Positions 1-10,717 of a stretch of 64,000 nucleotides of DNA are shown here, piece after piece. This DNA is from an uncultured delta proteobacterium (GTDB taxonomy: Bacteria; Myxococcota_A; Polyangia; Fen-1088). The position numbers were made by a program, and so were the translations under genes. The stretch covers positions 96,001-160,000 of the forward strand of contig CAVTRY010000018.1 in assembly GCA_963737265.1 (NCBI GenBank). The letters run 5' to 3'. Within the stretch, counting starts at the first letter, position 1; each line of letters begins with the position of its first letter. The notes under the pieces are model-generated. The model made no database searches, was not told where the DNA came from, and was given only the letters and a program-made list of their open reading frames with translations.

Positions 1-1419
1 AATCATGAGCGCGCGCTCGATGGTGAGCTGGCCGTCGCGCCGGATGACGGCGTCCAGGCCGACACCGTCGATGAATTCCATCACGAAGAAGAATTCGCCG
101 CTCGGCGTCGTGCCGCAGTCGGTGACGTCGGCGATGTTGGGGTGGCCGATCTGTGCCGGGGCGAGCGCCTCGCGCTGGAATCGCTTGGCCACCTCGGACT
201 TCCGGCGCTCGACCTGATGGGCGATCTTGATGGCCACGCGCTTACCGATTCCGGTGTGGTGCCCTTCGTAAACGCGGCCCATCGCGCCTTCGCCGACGAG
301 ACGGCGCACGTAGTAGCGTTCGCACAGGGTCTTGCCAAGCAGTCCATCGGGATCGGGATCCGGCGTGGTTTTCCCTTCGTTGATGGGCGCGGCAACGATC
401 CTCGGTTCGCTTTTCAACGCTGGCGGCGGGTTGTCCATGTGGGCCGCCAATTCGATCAGTTGGCGTTGTTCGACGGCCTCGTCGCGGATCTCGGTTTCGA
501 AGAGCCTGGCGATGAACTTCGCGGCCTGCGGTTTGCCGCCCGAATCCCGCGGCATCTCAGCCATCAGCGCCGCACACATGTCTTCGCCGCTTTGGAAGCG
601 GTCGGCGGGATTGATGGCCAGGGCCTTGGCCAGCGCTTGGTCGAGCCCTGGCGCCACGTCCTGGGTGAAACGCGACGGCGGTGGAACCGCGGCGCTGGGC
701 GCGCGCGATTCCGAGGGCGGAAACATCTGTCTGCCGGTGAGGAGCTCCCACAAAATCACGCCAGCCGAGAAGAGGTCGCTGCGGTGGTCGACGGGTTTGC
801 CCGTGTATTGTTCGGGCGACATGTAGCTGGTCTTGCCCCACTGCACACCGGTCGCGGTTTGCACGACCTTGGCCTTCCACTTGGCCAGGCCGAAATCGAT
901 GAGCTTCACCCCGCCGGTGTAGGTGAGCATCACGTTGGAGGGCGAAATGTCGCGATGAACCAGCCCGAGCCCGTCGACGTTCGCCGCATACCACAAGGCC
1001 GACACCAGCTCGCCGATATAGTGCAGGCTCAGGCCGATGGGAAAGCCGTCGCGCCGTGTTGCGCAGCGATTCCAAGTTTCGGTGATGGACTTGCCCTGGA
1101 CGTACTCCATGGCCAGAAATCCCTGGCGCTCCTGGATGCCGAAGTCGAAGACGTAGACCAGGCATTCATGGGAAAGCTTGGTAACGACCTTGGCCTCGTC
1201 GAGAAAGCGCTGGGTTAGCTCTTCCGCGTCACGGCCAGCGCGCACCTCCTTCAAGACCTTGAGCGCGCACACGCGTTCCACGCCGGCTTGGCCGGTGAGC
1301 GCCATGAAAACATGGCCCATGCCTCCCTTGCCGAGCTCCTTGAGCAGGACGAAACGTGGCCCGAACCGGCGCGGGAAGCTGGACCTCGAAAAAGGGGGTT
1401 CCTCTCGAAGCAAAGTCAA
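1..1419 (-). CDS. Ser/Thr protein kinase with two tandem kinase domains (runs off the window start)
   Basis: Manual translation of the minus frame (no stop, so absent from the ORF track): LGKGGMG, ALK, HRDISPSN, DFG, YMSPEQ, then a second domain VGEGAMGRVY..VAIK..HPNIADV..VMEF. Probable TTG start at 1419. Confidence 0.85.
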   Translation of the reverse strand, partial: MTLLREEPPFSRSSFPRRFGPRFVLLKELGKGGMGHVFMALTGQAGVERVCALKVLKEVRAGRDAEELTQRFLDEAKVVTKLSHECLVYVFDFGIQERQGFLAMEYVQGKSITETWNRCATRRDGFPIGLSLHYIGELVSALWYAANVDGLGLVHRDISPSNVMLTYTGGVKLIDFGLAKWKAKVVQTATGVQWGKTSYMSPEQYTGKPVDHRSDLFSAGVILWELLTGRQMFPPSESRAPSAAVPPPSRFTQDVAPGLDQALAKALAINPADRFQSGEDMCAALMAEMPRDSGGKPQAAKFIARLFETEIRDEAVEQRQLIELAAHMDNPPPALKSEPRIVAAPINEGKTTPDPDPDGLLGKTLCERYYVRRLVGEGAMGRVYEGHHTGIGKRVAIKIAHQVERRKSEVAKRFQREALAPAQIGHPNIADVTDCGTTPSGEFFFVMEFIDGVGLDAVIRRDGQLTIERALMI

Positions 1420-1564
1420 CGAGGCTGGATACTACAACGAAGTCGACCGGCAACCGAAAACTGTTCGGCGAAATGCACCGACAGTTTTGCACCGGGTAGC
1501 GCTGCGAGTCGCCTCTTGCCCCGAAAGTGGCGAAATTGGCCGTTCCGGCGCAGATTGAAGCGCC

Positions 1565-2170
1565 GTGGATTTCGTTCGTGCGCACCGTTCCGTGATTCTC
1601 TCGCTGGTGGCTGGCAAGGGCCACTACGAGTCGGTGGTGAAGGCCGCGATGAATGCCGAGCGTAGCCTGTGGATCGCCACCGCAAATCTCAAGGAGCTGA
1701 TGGTCGAAGACGAACGCGCTCGTCCGGGCACAAGGCGGACAGTGGCGCGTGCTGGCCGAGGTAGTGCCTATCGCTCCGTGCTGCGGGTATTTGACGAACT
1801 GGTCCCGCACGGCGTGGAAGTACGCATCCTTCACGCGTCGCCGCCCTCGCGGCCATTTTGCGAAGAGCTGCGCCGCATTCCTGGCTTGCTCCGCCCGACA
1901 CGCGGCACGTTCGAGATGCGGATGTGCCCGCGCGTGCACTTCAAGACCGTAATCGTCGACAGCACGCTCGTCTACCTCGGCAGCGCAAACTGGACCGGGG
2001 CGGGTCTCGGCGCCAAGGGCGAGGGACGGCGCAACTTCGAGATGGGCATCAGCAGCCGCGACGATCTCCTGCTCGACGAGGCGCAGGGGTATTTCGACCA
2101 CATCTGGCGTGGCGGCGCGTGCGCGTCGTGCAAGCTGCGCGACGTATGCCCCAAGCCCCTCGACGCCTAG
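1565..2170 (+). CDS. phospholipase D superfamily protein (single HKD motif)
   Basis: HFKTVIVD..YLGSANWT..NFEMG motif; C-terminal CASC-x4-C. Confidence 0.8.
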   Translation: MDFVRAHRSVILSLVAGKGHYESVVKAAMNAERSLWIATANLKELMVEDERARPGTRRTVARAGRGSAYRSVLRVFDELVPHGVEVRILHASPPSRPFCEELRRIPGLLRPTRGTFEMRMCPRVHFKTVIVDSTLVYLGSANWTGAGLGAKGEGRRNFEMGISSRDDLLLDEAQGYFDHIWRGGACASCKLRDVCPKPLDA

Positions 2171-2203
2171 TTCAGCGCGCGGCTCGCCGCTGGCTTACAA
2201 TGG

Positions 2204-3958
2204 ATGGCCGTGCCACCCCCGCTGCGATTTGGAAAGTACATTCTCGAAGGACTCCTTGGACCAGGGGGCGTGACGGAAACCTATCTGGCGCGGCTGGCAA
2301 GAGACGTTCGGAATCAGGCCGGAGGAAGTGCGGCTGGGCAGCTATTTGCGCTCAAGCTGTTGCGACCGGACCGCGTCCCCGACGGTTCCTTCGCCGAGGT
2401 CGCACGCCGTTTCGTCGCCGCCGGCCGACAGTTGCTCAACTTCCATCGCCCGGGCTTCGGCAAGGTCGTGGACGTTTCGGACGATCCCGCGGCCACCCTG
2501 ATCGTGACTGAACATGTGGCCGGCTGCGATCTTGCCCGGCTGATCGAGACCAGCCACGCTGAAAATCGGGAGGGGGCCGGACTTGATCCGGTGTTGGCGG
2601 GTCTTCTTGGCTCGGAGATCGCGCGGCTGCTGCACGTCGGTCATGCGGCGAAACCGCCTTTCTGCCATCTCGGGCTTGCACCGCAAAACGTCCACGTGAC
2701 AGCCGCCGGGGAAGTCGTGATGCTGGATATGGGCATCGCGGCCGGCCTGCGTGGAATCACCGAGCAACCCATCGAGCGTTGGTTGTTCGTCGCTCCCGAA
2801 TTGCAGGGTGTGGATACCGGGTCGGTCGCGCTCGGCGACCGCAAGTCAGTGGCCGCGGATCTCTATTCGCTGGGCGCGCTGCTTTTCTTCGTCCTGTTTG
2901 GCCGGCCGCCCGTCGCGGGCTCCACGCCGTCCGACTTGGTGGGACGCAAGCAGCCACCTGACATGCCCGACCTCCCGAGCAAGCTAGGCGCGGCGATGCG
3001 TACGCTGCTATCGCCCGAGCCTGAGGATCGACCGGCATCCGCCGCGACGTTGGTCGAATGGCTTGCGGGTGGAATCGACGGCGCGCGCGACAGGCAGGCA
3101 TTGATCGCCGATCGGGTACGCGCGAATGAGACGGGTGCACGACCCGCGCCACCATCTCAGCCGGGGCCGGCAGGCCAGGCGTCGCGTGGACCTGTGCCGA
3201 TCGTGGCCACCGGGACGCACAATGCTCGCCTGGACATCGTCGGCCGGGTGCGAGGGGGCTCTCGGGCGCGACAGGTTTCCCTCCTTGCTGGGCTCGTCTT
3301 GGTGGCCGCGGCCACAGGCTCCATCGTCGCGACTCGCTTCCTCGGCCATGAGCGAATCGCTGCAACCCAGGGCCATGTCGAGGAATCGGGTCGTGGAAGG
3401 AATGCGGAGATGCCATCGCAGGCGCGGGCGACAGAGCCAGAAAACGCGCAAAAACCGACCGAAGCAATGGGCGGTCTCCCCGTGGAGGCGCACGCCACCG
3501 TCGACCCCCCGTTTTCGCGAGTGGCCGGTCACTTGATCGCCGAGACGGCGCCGCCGGGTGCCATGCTGTGGGTGGATGGGATCCTCAAGGGCAAGACCTT
3601 CACGGATATCGTGGTGGGCGACGGAGGACATCGCATCGTGCTGATTGCCCCAGGTCACCGCATGTTTCGCGACGTCGTGGACACCACCACCGGCGTCATT
3701 ATCCGCCGCACCTTGCTGCCCATCGATCCGCCCATTCATGGCAATGGCTTCATCGATGTCGAATGTCGGACCAACGGCAAATATCCGGTGTTGGTGGACG
3801 AAGAAGAAACCGGCCTACTGTGTCCCATTAAAATGATGCCGACCACGACGGGCAAGCATGTGGTTGGCATCTTCGTCCCGCCCGAGCGTCGCACGGTGGC
3901 GGTCGAGACCACGGTCGAAATCGGTTCCAAGCCCGCCGTCGTGAAATTCGGCCAGTAG
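2204..3958 (+). CDS. membrane-anchored Ser/Thr kinase-like protein (probable pseudokinase) with PEGA-like C-terminal region
   Basis: RFGKYIL..LGPGG, FALK, APE, DLYSLG, RP; HRD replaced by HLG and DFG by DMG; one TM segment; ETAPPGAMLWVDG. Confidence 0.75.
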   Translation: MAVPPPLRFGKYILEGLLGPGGVTETYLARLARDVRNQAGGSAAGQLFALKLLRPDRVPDGSFAEVARRFVAAGRQLLNFHRPGFGKVVDVSDDPAATLIVTEHVAGCDLARLIETSHAENREGAGLDPVLAGLLGSEIARLLHVGHAAKPPFCHLGLAPQNVHVTAAGEVVMLDMGIAAGLRGITEQPIERWLFVAPELQGVDTGSVALGDRKSVAADLYSLGALLFFVLFGRPPVAGSTPSDLVGRKQPPDMPDLPSKLGAAMRTLLSPEPEDRPASAATLVEWLAGGIDGARDRQALIADRVRANETGARPAPPSQPGPAGQASRGPVPIVATGTHNARLDIVGRVRGGSRARQVSLLAGLVLVAAATGSIVATRFLGHERIAATQGHVEESGRGRNAEMPSQARATEPENAQKPTEAMGGLPVEAHATVDPPFSRVAGHLIAETAPPGAMLWVDGILKGKTFTDIVVGDGGHRIVLIAPGHRMFRDVVDTTTGVIIRRTLLPIDPPIHGNGFIDVECRTNGKYPVLVDEEETGLLCPIKMMPTTTGKHVVGIFVPPERRTVAVETTVEIGSKPAVVKFGQ

Positions 3959-4110
3959 GGAGCCCGAGCCTATCTGGTGGCATCTTCGTCGGATACTAAG
4001 TGAAGAATAGTCTGCAGCGGTTGTCTGGATACTATTCGGCAAGTGCTTGGGTTGGGCGAGAATCAATCTCCTCGATTGGTCGAAGCCGCCGCCATTTGCC
4101 TGTGGTGGAC

Positions 4111-4127
4111 TTGGCCTACGGGTTGCA
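4111..4127 (+). promoter_or_regulatory. sigma54 (-24/-12) promoter of the YHS-cus operon
   Basis: TTGGCCTACGGGTTGCA, GG-N10-GC spacing, about 60 bp before the YHS start; a sigma54 activator is encoded downstream. Confidence 0.7.
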
Positions 4128-4184
4128 GGCTTCTGGAGCAACGCTGCCTTACAAGGAAGTTTGGCGGCAAAAGGAGCCACCACC

Positions 4185-4475
4185 ATGAAGACCATTTTCG
4201 CTGCACTGTCTCTCGCCGGTTTTGTTCTCGCTGCCGCGCCGTCGGTTCAGGCCAAGTCCACCGACGAAGCAAAGGTAGAAGCCAAAGCGACGGCGCCCAG
4301 GGTGTTCTCGGCCCCGCAAAAAGAAGGCACCAGGGCAACCTGCCCGGTGACGGGTGAGGAGTTCACGATCGCCAAGGATACCGTGCACGTGGAATACAAG
4401 GGCAAGCACGTCTACTTTTGCTGCGCCGGCTGCAAGAAGGCGTTCGACAAAGATCCCGAAAAGTACACCAAGTAG
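4185..4475 (+). CDS. secreted YHS-domain metal-binding protein
   Basis: AAGGAG RBS, signal peptide, TCPVTGE..YKGKHVYFCCAGCKKAFDKDPEKY. Confidence 0.85.
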   Translation: MKTIFAALSLAGFVLAAAPSVQAKSTDEAKVEAKATAPRVFSAPQKEGTRATCPVTGEEFTIAKDTVHVEYKGKHVYFCCAGCKKAFDKDPEKYTK

Positions 4476-4494
4476 TCGGCGAGGAAGTGGCACC

Positions 4495-5907
4495 ATGGGC
4501 ACTTGGCTCGCGCCGCTTTTGTTGGTTTTCGCCGCACCCCGATTTGCCGCGGTCGATCCGGGGACGGTTCCGGTAGGGCCCATGCTGGCCGACGATCCGG
4601 TGCTTCGGGCGCTCGCAGCCGAGGCGATGGAGCGCCGGCCGGAGCTGGCCCAGGCGCGGGCGCAGATCCGTGCCGAGCAGGAGCGCGCGCCGCAGGTGAG
4701 CGCGCTACCCGATCCGACGCTGTCGCTCGGCATCCAGAACGACGGCTTTCGCGGCATTCAGATTGGCAAAATGGAGACGAGCTTCGTCACCATTATGGCG
4801 TCGCAGACCTTTCCCTGGGTGGGCAAGCGCGGGCTGCGCAGTCAGGTGGCCGAGCTCGGGTCGCGCGAGGCCGACGCCGATCTTCATCGCGTCCTGTTGT
4901 CGGTGGTGGCGGACGTGGAGCGGGCCTACGTCGATTTGCTGTTGATACGAGACCAACTTGGTCGGCTTGCCAAGCTGGAATCGCTTTGGGCACAATCGGA
5001 GGGGATGGCCCGCATCCGTTACGAGTCGGGCGAGACGGCGCAGTCCGACCTCATGCGCGCCCAGCTGCAACGAAACCGGTTACGACAACAACGGTGGGCC
5101 TTGCAGGCCGAGGAGCATCGGCGAGTCACCGTGCTCAACCGCCTGCGTGGACGTTCCGAGAGCGATGACATCGTGACGACGCGCTCGCTGGCGGATGTGC
5201 CCGATCCCGTGTTGCCCGACGCCGAGCACGAGGTCGCGGCCGCCGAGCAGGATAGCCCGGAGCTCAAGAAGGCGCTGCTGGCTGGGGAGCAGGCCGGCCG
5301 GCGTGTGGAGTTGGCGGGCAAAGAGCGCTGGCCGGACGTGACGGTGAGCGCGGGAATCATGCCTCGCGGGGGCAACTACGAGACCATGTGGCAGGCCGGC
5401 GTCGCCTTGAACCTGCCTCTTTGGGGCGCGCAAAAGCAGTGGCGGGCCATGGCGGAAAATCGCGCGCGGGGCGAGGCCGCTCGCAGCAATGCGGACGTCA
5501 TCCGTCAGCTGTTGCGGCAGCGGGTTCACGAGAGGCTGGCGGTGCTGGGCTCGCTGGTGGAATCAAACCACCTCTATCGTTCTGGGTTGCTGGTGCAGTC
5601 GGAAGCGACCGTGTCGAGTACGCTGGCGCAATATCAGGTCGGTCGCGTGACGTTTGCCTCCGTGCTGGAGGCGCTGGCCGGGTACGTGGCTGACGTAAAC
5701 GGCTTCTTCGATTCGGTCGCGGCGGCACAAAGGATCGCCATCGCCGAGCGGGAGATCAGTCTGGAGGCGCCGGGCGGATCGGCGGGCGGCATGGGTGCCT
5801 CGGCGATTCCGGGCGCGGGCTCGACCGCTGGCGCTTCAGCGTCGAACCGGGCGGCGGGCCAGCCGCAAGGTGGGGACAGCGCCGGCACATCGATGTCGCG
5901 TATGTAG
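4495..5907 (+). CDS. TolC-family outer membrane factor (CusC/CzcC-like)
   Basis: ALPDPTLSLG, SQTFPWVGKRGLR and LNLPLW motifs; operon context. Confidence 0.85.
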   Translation: MGTWLAPLLLVFAAPRFAAVDPGTVPVGPMLADDPVLRALAAEAMERRPELAQARAQIRAEQERAPQVSALPDPTLSLGIQNDGFRGIQIGKMETSFVTIMASQTFPWVGKRGLRSQVAELGSREADADLHRVLLSVVADVERAYVDLLLIRDQLGRLAKLESLWAQSEGMARIRYESGETAQSDLMRAQLQRNRLRQQRWALQAEEHRRVTVLNRLRGRSESDDIVTTRSLADVPDPVLPDAEHEVAAAEQDSPELKKALLAGEQAGRRVELAGKERWPDVTVSAGIMPRGGNYETMWQAGVALNLPLWGAQKQWRAMAENRARGEAARSNADVIRQLLRQRVHERLAVLGSLVESNHLYRSGLLVQSEATVSSTLAQYQVGRVTFASVLEALAGYVADVNGFFDSVAAAQRIAIAEREISLEAPGGSAGGMGASAIPGAGSTAGASASNRAAGQPQGGDSAGTSMSRM

Positions 5908-5920
5908 AACCGAGCACTCC

Positions 5921-7387
5921 ATGGACCGAGATAAGACCGAAGGCTCTGAAGCGGCGGATTCCGAAACGCAGTCGCTTTCGCGGCGCCTCGTCGTCGTTGC
6001 CGTGGCGGCGGTCGTGGCGGGTGCCTCGCTTGGCGGGACGGGGGTGTGGCTGGGAATGAGCCGACATGGTGTCGGCGAGCCCGGCACGCCTGCGACCTCT
6101 GCGGGGAAGAAGGCGCCGCTCTACCAGTGCCCCATGCACCCATCCATCACGTCGGACCATCCGGGGAATTGCCCGATCTGCGGCATGAAACTGATCGCGG
6201 TTGCGTCGGCAGCGATAAACAGCCCGCCGGCAGGCGACAAGTCAGGCGAGCGCAAGATCGCGTTCTATCGCTCGCCGATGAATCCGAAGCAGACCTCGCC
6301 GGTTCCCCGCAAGGACGAAATGGGCATGGACTACGTCGTCGTCTACCAGGACGAGACGGACGGCAGATCGCAGGTGGCGGGTTTGGCGTCGATCACCATC
6401 GATCCGTCTCGCCAGCAACTAATCGGGTTGCGCACGGTCGCCGTTTGCAAAGGTCCCGTCGGCGCCACCTGGCGCACCGCCGCGCGCGTGCAGGTCGATC
6501 CCACACGCGTGCGCCAGACCAACGTGAAGGTGGAAGGCTTCGTCGAGCGGATCTTCGTGGATTTCGTCGGACAGGAGGTTCGCAAAGGCCAGCCGCTGTT
6601 CTCGCTTTACAGCCCGAGCCTGCTGGCCGCGCAGAGCGAATATTTGCTTGCCTTGCAGACCAGGGAAGCTCTTGCCAAGGGCGGGGCGTTGGCCGAAAAC
6701 GGCGAGACCTTGGTGGCGGCGGCGCGACGACGCCTGGAATTGTGGGACGTACCGGCCGCGGAGCTCGACCGGCTCGCGCGCACGCGGCAGCCGACCAAGA
6801 CGCTGACCCTGGTGTCGCCTATCTCGGGCGTCGTGACGGCGAAGAACGTCGTGCAAGGGGCGCGACTTAATCCGGGCGAGGCGCCGTACGAGATCACGGA
6901 TTTGGGCATGGTGTGGGTCATGGCCGATGCCTACGAAACCGATCTGGACCGCATTCATGTGGGCATGAAGGCGATGTTGACCATGCCCGCGTATCCCAAT
7001 CGCTCGTTCGTGGGCACGGTTGGCTTCATCGATCCGGTGCTGGACCCGAAGACCCGCACTACCAAGGTGCACTTGCATTTCGCCAACCCCAAGCGCGAGC
7101 TCAAACCGGAAATGTACGGCGAGGTGACGCTCGGGGGTGCGGCGAGGGAAGGGCTGCACATTCCGGCCGATGCGGTCATTCGCACGGGCAGCAAGGACGT
7201 GGTCTTCGTGGCGCGTGGGGAAGGGAAGTTCGAGCCGCGCGTGGTGCAGCTCGGAAGCAAAAGCGGCGACCAAGTGGAGGTGACGGGTGGGTTGGAACAG
7301 GGCCAAGAAATCGTCACCCGCGCCAACTTCCTCGTCGATTCAGAATCGCAATTACGCTCGTCGCTGTCCGCCATCGGAGGCAACTAG
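5921..7387 (+). CDS. cusB: CusB-like RND periplasmic adaptor with heavy-metal-binding domains
   Basis: YQCPMHP..CPICGMKL, YRSPMNP..KDEMGMDYV, LKPEMYG, ANFLVDSES. Confidence 0.85.
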   Translation: MDRDKTEGSEAADSETQSLSRRLVVVAVAAVVAGASLGGTGVWLGMSRHGVGEPGTPATSAGKKAPLYQCPMHPSITSDHPGNCPICGMKLIAVASAAINSPPAGDKSGERKIAFYRSPMNPKQTSPVPRKDEMGMDYVVVYQDETDGRSQVAGLASITIDPSRQQLIGLRTVAVCKGPVGATWRTAARVQVDPTRVRQTNVKVEGFVERIFVDFVGQEVRKGQPLFSLYSPSLLAAQSEYLLALQTREALAKGGALAENGETLVAAARRRLELWDVPAAELDRLARTRQPTKTLTLVSPISGVVTAKNVVQGARLNPGEAPYEITDLGMVWVMADAYETDLDRIHVGMKAMLTMPAYPNRSFVGTVGFIDPVLDPKTRTTKVHLHFANPKRELKPEMYGEVTLGGAAREGLHIPADAVIRTGSKDVVFVARGEGKFEPRVVQLGSKSGDQVEVTGGLEQGQEIVTRANFLVDSESQLRSSLSAIGGN

Positions 7388-7389
7388 CC

Positions 7390-10300
7390 GTGCTCAAGCG
7401 GGTTATCCGCTTTTCGGCCGAGAACAAGTACTTGGTCATCGCCGGCACGCTGGTGGCCATGGCGATTGCGTACTGGACCATGCGCAATATCCCGCTCGAT
7501 GCCTTGCCCGACCTCTCGGACACGCAGGTCATCGTTTACTCGCGTTGGGATCGCAGCCCGGACATCATCGAGGACCAGGTTTCGTATCCGATTATCACCG
7601 CTCTGCTGGGCGCGCCCAAGGTCAAGGCGATCCGCGGCTACTCAGATTTCGGCTTCAGCTATGTTTACGTGATCTTCGAAGATGGCACCGACGTCTACTG
7701 GGCGCGCACGCGCGTGCTTGAATACCTTTCCAAGATCTCGGCGCAACTTCCGGCGGGCGTGAAGACCGAGCTTGGCCCAGACGCCTCCAGCCTGGGCTGG
7801 GTCTTCCAGTACGCCTTGGTGGACCGGACCGGCAAGCATGCCAGCGACGAGCTGCGCAGTTACCAGGACTGGTTCATGCGCTATGCCGTGCAAAGTGTGC
7901 CAGGCGTGGCCGAGGTCGCAACCGTAGGCGGTCAGGTCCGCCAGTACCAGGTGACAGTGAGGCCGGACGCTCTCGCGGCCTACAAGCTTCCCCTCAATAC
8001 TGTCGTCGAGGCTGTGCGCCGGGGAAACAACGACGTCGGCGGTCGCTTAGTCGAGCTGTCAGGGCGCGAATACATGGTGCGCGGGCGCGGGTATGTGAAG
8101 TCGATCGGCGATCTCGAGAAGCTGGTCCTCAAGACCGAGAACGGAACCCCCATCACGGTCAAGGACGTGGCCAGCGTGGCTCTTGGACCGGAAATGCGCC
8201 GGGGCATTGCCGACTACAATGGCGCCGGGGACGTGGTGGGCGGCATCGTGGTTATGCGCCAGGGGGAAAACGCTCTCAACCTCATCGAGCGCGTGAAGGC
8301 GAAGCTTACCGAACTCAAGCCGTCGCTGCCCGACGGGGTCGAGGTGGTGACGACTTATGACCGATCCGATCTCATCAACCGCGCCATTAGCACGGTGACC
8401 GACAAACTCATCGAGGAGATAATCGTCGTCTCGCTCATCATCCTGCTGTTCCTGTGGCACGTCCCGTCCGCCATCGTCCCCATCTTGACCATCCCCGTCA
8501 GCGTGGTGCTGGCCTTCATTCCCATGTACCTCATGGGATTGAACGCGAACTTGATGTCGCTGGCCGGGATCGCGATCTCCATCGGCGTGCTGGTGGACGG
8601 TGCCATCGTCGAGGTGGAGAACGCGTACAACAAGATCTACCTGTGGACAGGCGAGCGGCAAGAAGGGCGACTTCCATAGCGTGCGCTTGGATGCGCTCAT
8701 GGAAGTGGGTCCGTCGGTGTTCTTCTCGCTGCTGGTCATTGCGGTCGCGTTCATGCCGGTCTTCACGCTGGTCGACCAGGAGGGCCGGCTGTTCAAGCCG
8801 CTTGCCTACTCGAAGAACCTGGCCATGGCCATTGCCGCCCTGCTGGCCGTGACGCTGGATCCGGCGATGCGTATGCTGTTTGCTCGCATCGAGCCCTTTC
8901 GCTTCAGGCCCCGTCCAGTCGCGTGGCTGGCCACGCCGATCTTCGTCGGCAAGTACTACTCCGAGGAGCGGCATCCCATCAGCCATCTCTTGCATCGGAT
9001 TTACGAGGGGCCGTGCCGCTTGGTCGTCCGCCATGCCAAGGCTGACCATCATCCTCGGCGTCGCCGTGGTCGCGCTCACGCTGCCGGTCTACTTCAAGCT
9101 TGGGCTCCGAGTTCATGCCGCCGTTACGCGAGGGAGCGTTGCTCTACATGCCGTCGGCCGTGCAGCCGGGCATGTCGGTGGCCGAGGCGCAGAAGGCGCT
9201 GCAGGTGCAGGACAAGATCCTGATGACCTTCCCGGAAATCGACCGCGTCTTCGGCAAGGCGGGCCGCGCCGGCACATCGACCGACCCCGCGCCTTCTCAG
9301 CATGATGGAGACGACCATCCTGCTCAAGCCGGAGGCGGCAGTGGCGCGAAAAGCCGCGCTGGTATTCGGATTGGGCGCCCGAATTGGCTCAAACGCGCGC
9401 TGCGAACCGCGTGGCGCGACCGAATCACCGAGGACGAGCTGATCGCGGAGCTGGACGCGGCCTTGCGCCTGCCGGGGATCAGCAACGCTTGGACCATGCC
9501 CATCAAGGGACGCCTGGACATGCTGTCGACGGGGATTCGCACGCCCATCGGCATCAAGGTCAGCGGCGCGGACCTGAACGTGATTCAGAAGGTCGGATTG
9601 GAGATCGAGGCCGCGATTCAGAAGTTGCCGGAGACGCGCAGCGTGTTTGCCGAACGCGTGGCCGGTGGCTACTTCCTCGATTTCGTGCTCGACCGCGACA
9701 AGCTGGCGCGCTACGGCCTGTCCGTCGACGACGCCAACATGATGGTGATGACCGCGGTGGGCGGCGACAATCAGACCACCACGATGGAGGGCCGGCAGCG
9801 CTATGGCGTGAACGTGCGCTACGCGCGCGATTTTCGCGAAGACGTGGATGCTCTTAAACGCGTGTTGCTGCCGTTGCCAAGCGGCCTCGGCCAAATCCCC
9901 ATGGCGGAAATCGCGGAGGTCAAGCTGGTCGAAGGGCCGTCCATGATTCGCGACGAGAATGGACTGCTTTCGGGCTACGTGTACGTCGACTTCGACACCG
10001 CGAAGATCGACGTTGGCAGCTACGTAGAGCGCGCCAAGCAGGCTGTGGCCGCCGCGGTAAAATTGCCCACCGGCTACGCCCTATCCTGGAGCGGACAGTA
10101 TGAAAACATGCTGCGTGTGAAAGAGCGCTTGAAGGTGATCCTGCCTATCACCTTGGTGCTCATCTTCGGGCTGCTCTACCTAAACACGAAGTCGGCCTTC
10201 AAGGCCGGCATCGTGATGCTGGCCGTCCCCTTTTCCGCGGTCGGCGCCATCTGGCTCATCTACCTGCTTGGCTACAACGTCTCCATCGCGGTCTGGGTCG

Positions 10301-10698
10301 GCATGATCGCGCTCATGGGACTCGACGCGGAAACCGGCGTCTTCATGCTGCTGTTTCTCGATCTGTCGCACGACGAGGCCAAGGCGCGCGGCCAGCTGCA
10401 AAGCACCGGCGATCTGGTCGAGGCCATCGTCCACGGTGCGGTCAAGCGCGTCCGACCCAAGGCGATGACGGTGTGTGCCGCCTTCATTGGTCTACTGCCT
10501 ATCATGTGGTCCACCGGCACCGGCGCCGACCTAATGAAACGCATCGCCGCGCCCATGGTGGGCGGCCTCGTCACGTCGTTCGCGATGGAGCTGCTGGTCT
10601 ACCCGGCAATCTATTACCTGTGGCGACGGAAGGAAGTCGTGGACGGGTCGGTCACCGCGATCCGGACTGACGGGGAAACCACGATGGGCACGGTGTGA
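7390..10698 (+). CDS. cusA: CusA-family heavy-metal RND permease, broken by several single-base frameshifts (~8647, ~9040, ~9100, 9295-9380)
   Basis: PLDALPDLSDTQVI, GVLVDGAIVEVEN, WTMPIKGRLDMLSTG, RVRPKAMT, MKRIAAPMVGG spread over three frames. Confidence 0.85.
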
Positions 10699-10717
10699 GA
10701 TCGGGTACGCTATTGTC

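Noticed and set aside
142-1218. 358-aa plus-strand ORF and other long antisense ORFs (15191-16552, 18126-19412, 40223-42790)
   Set aside because: Shadow frames of real high-GC genes on the opposite strand.
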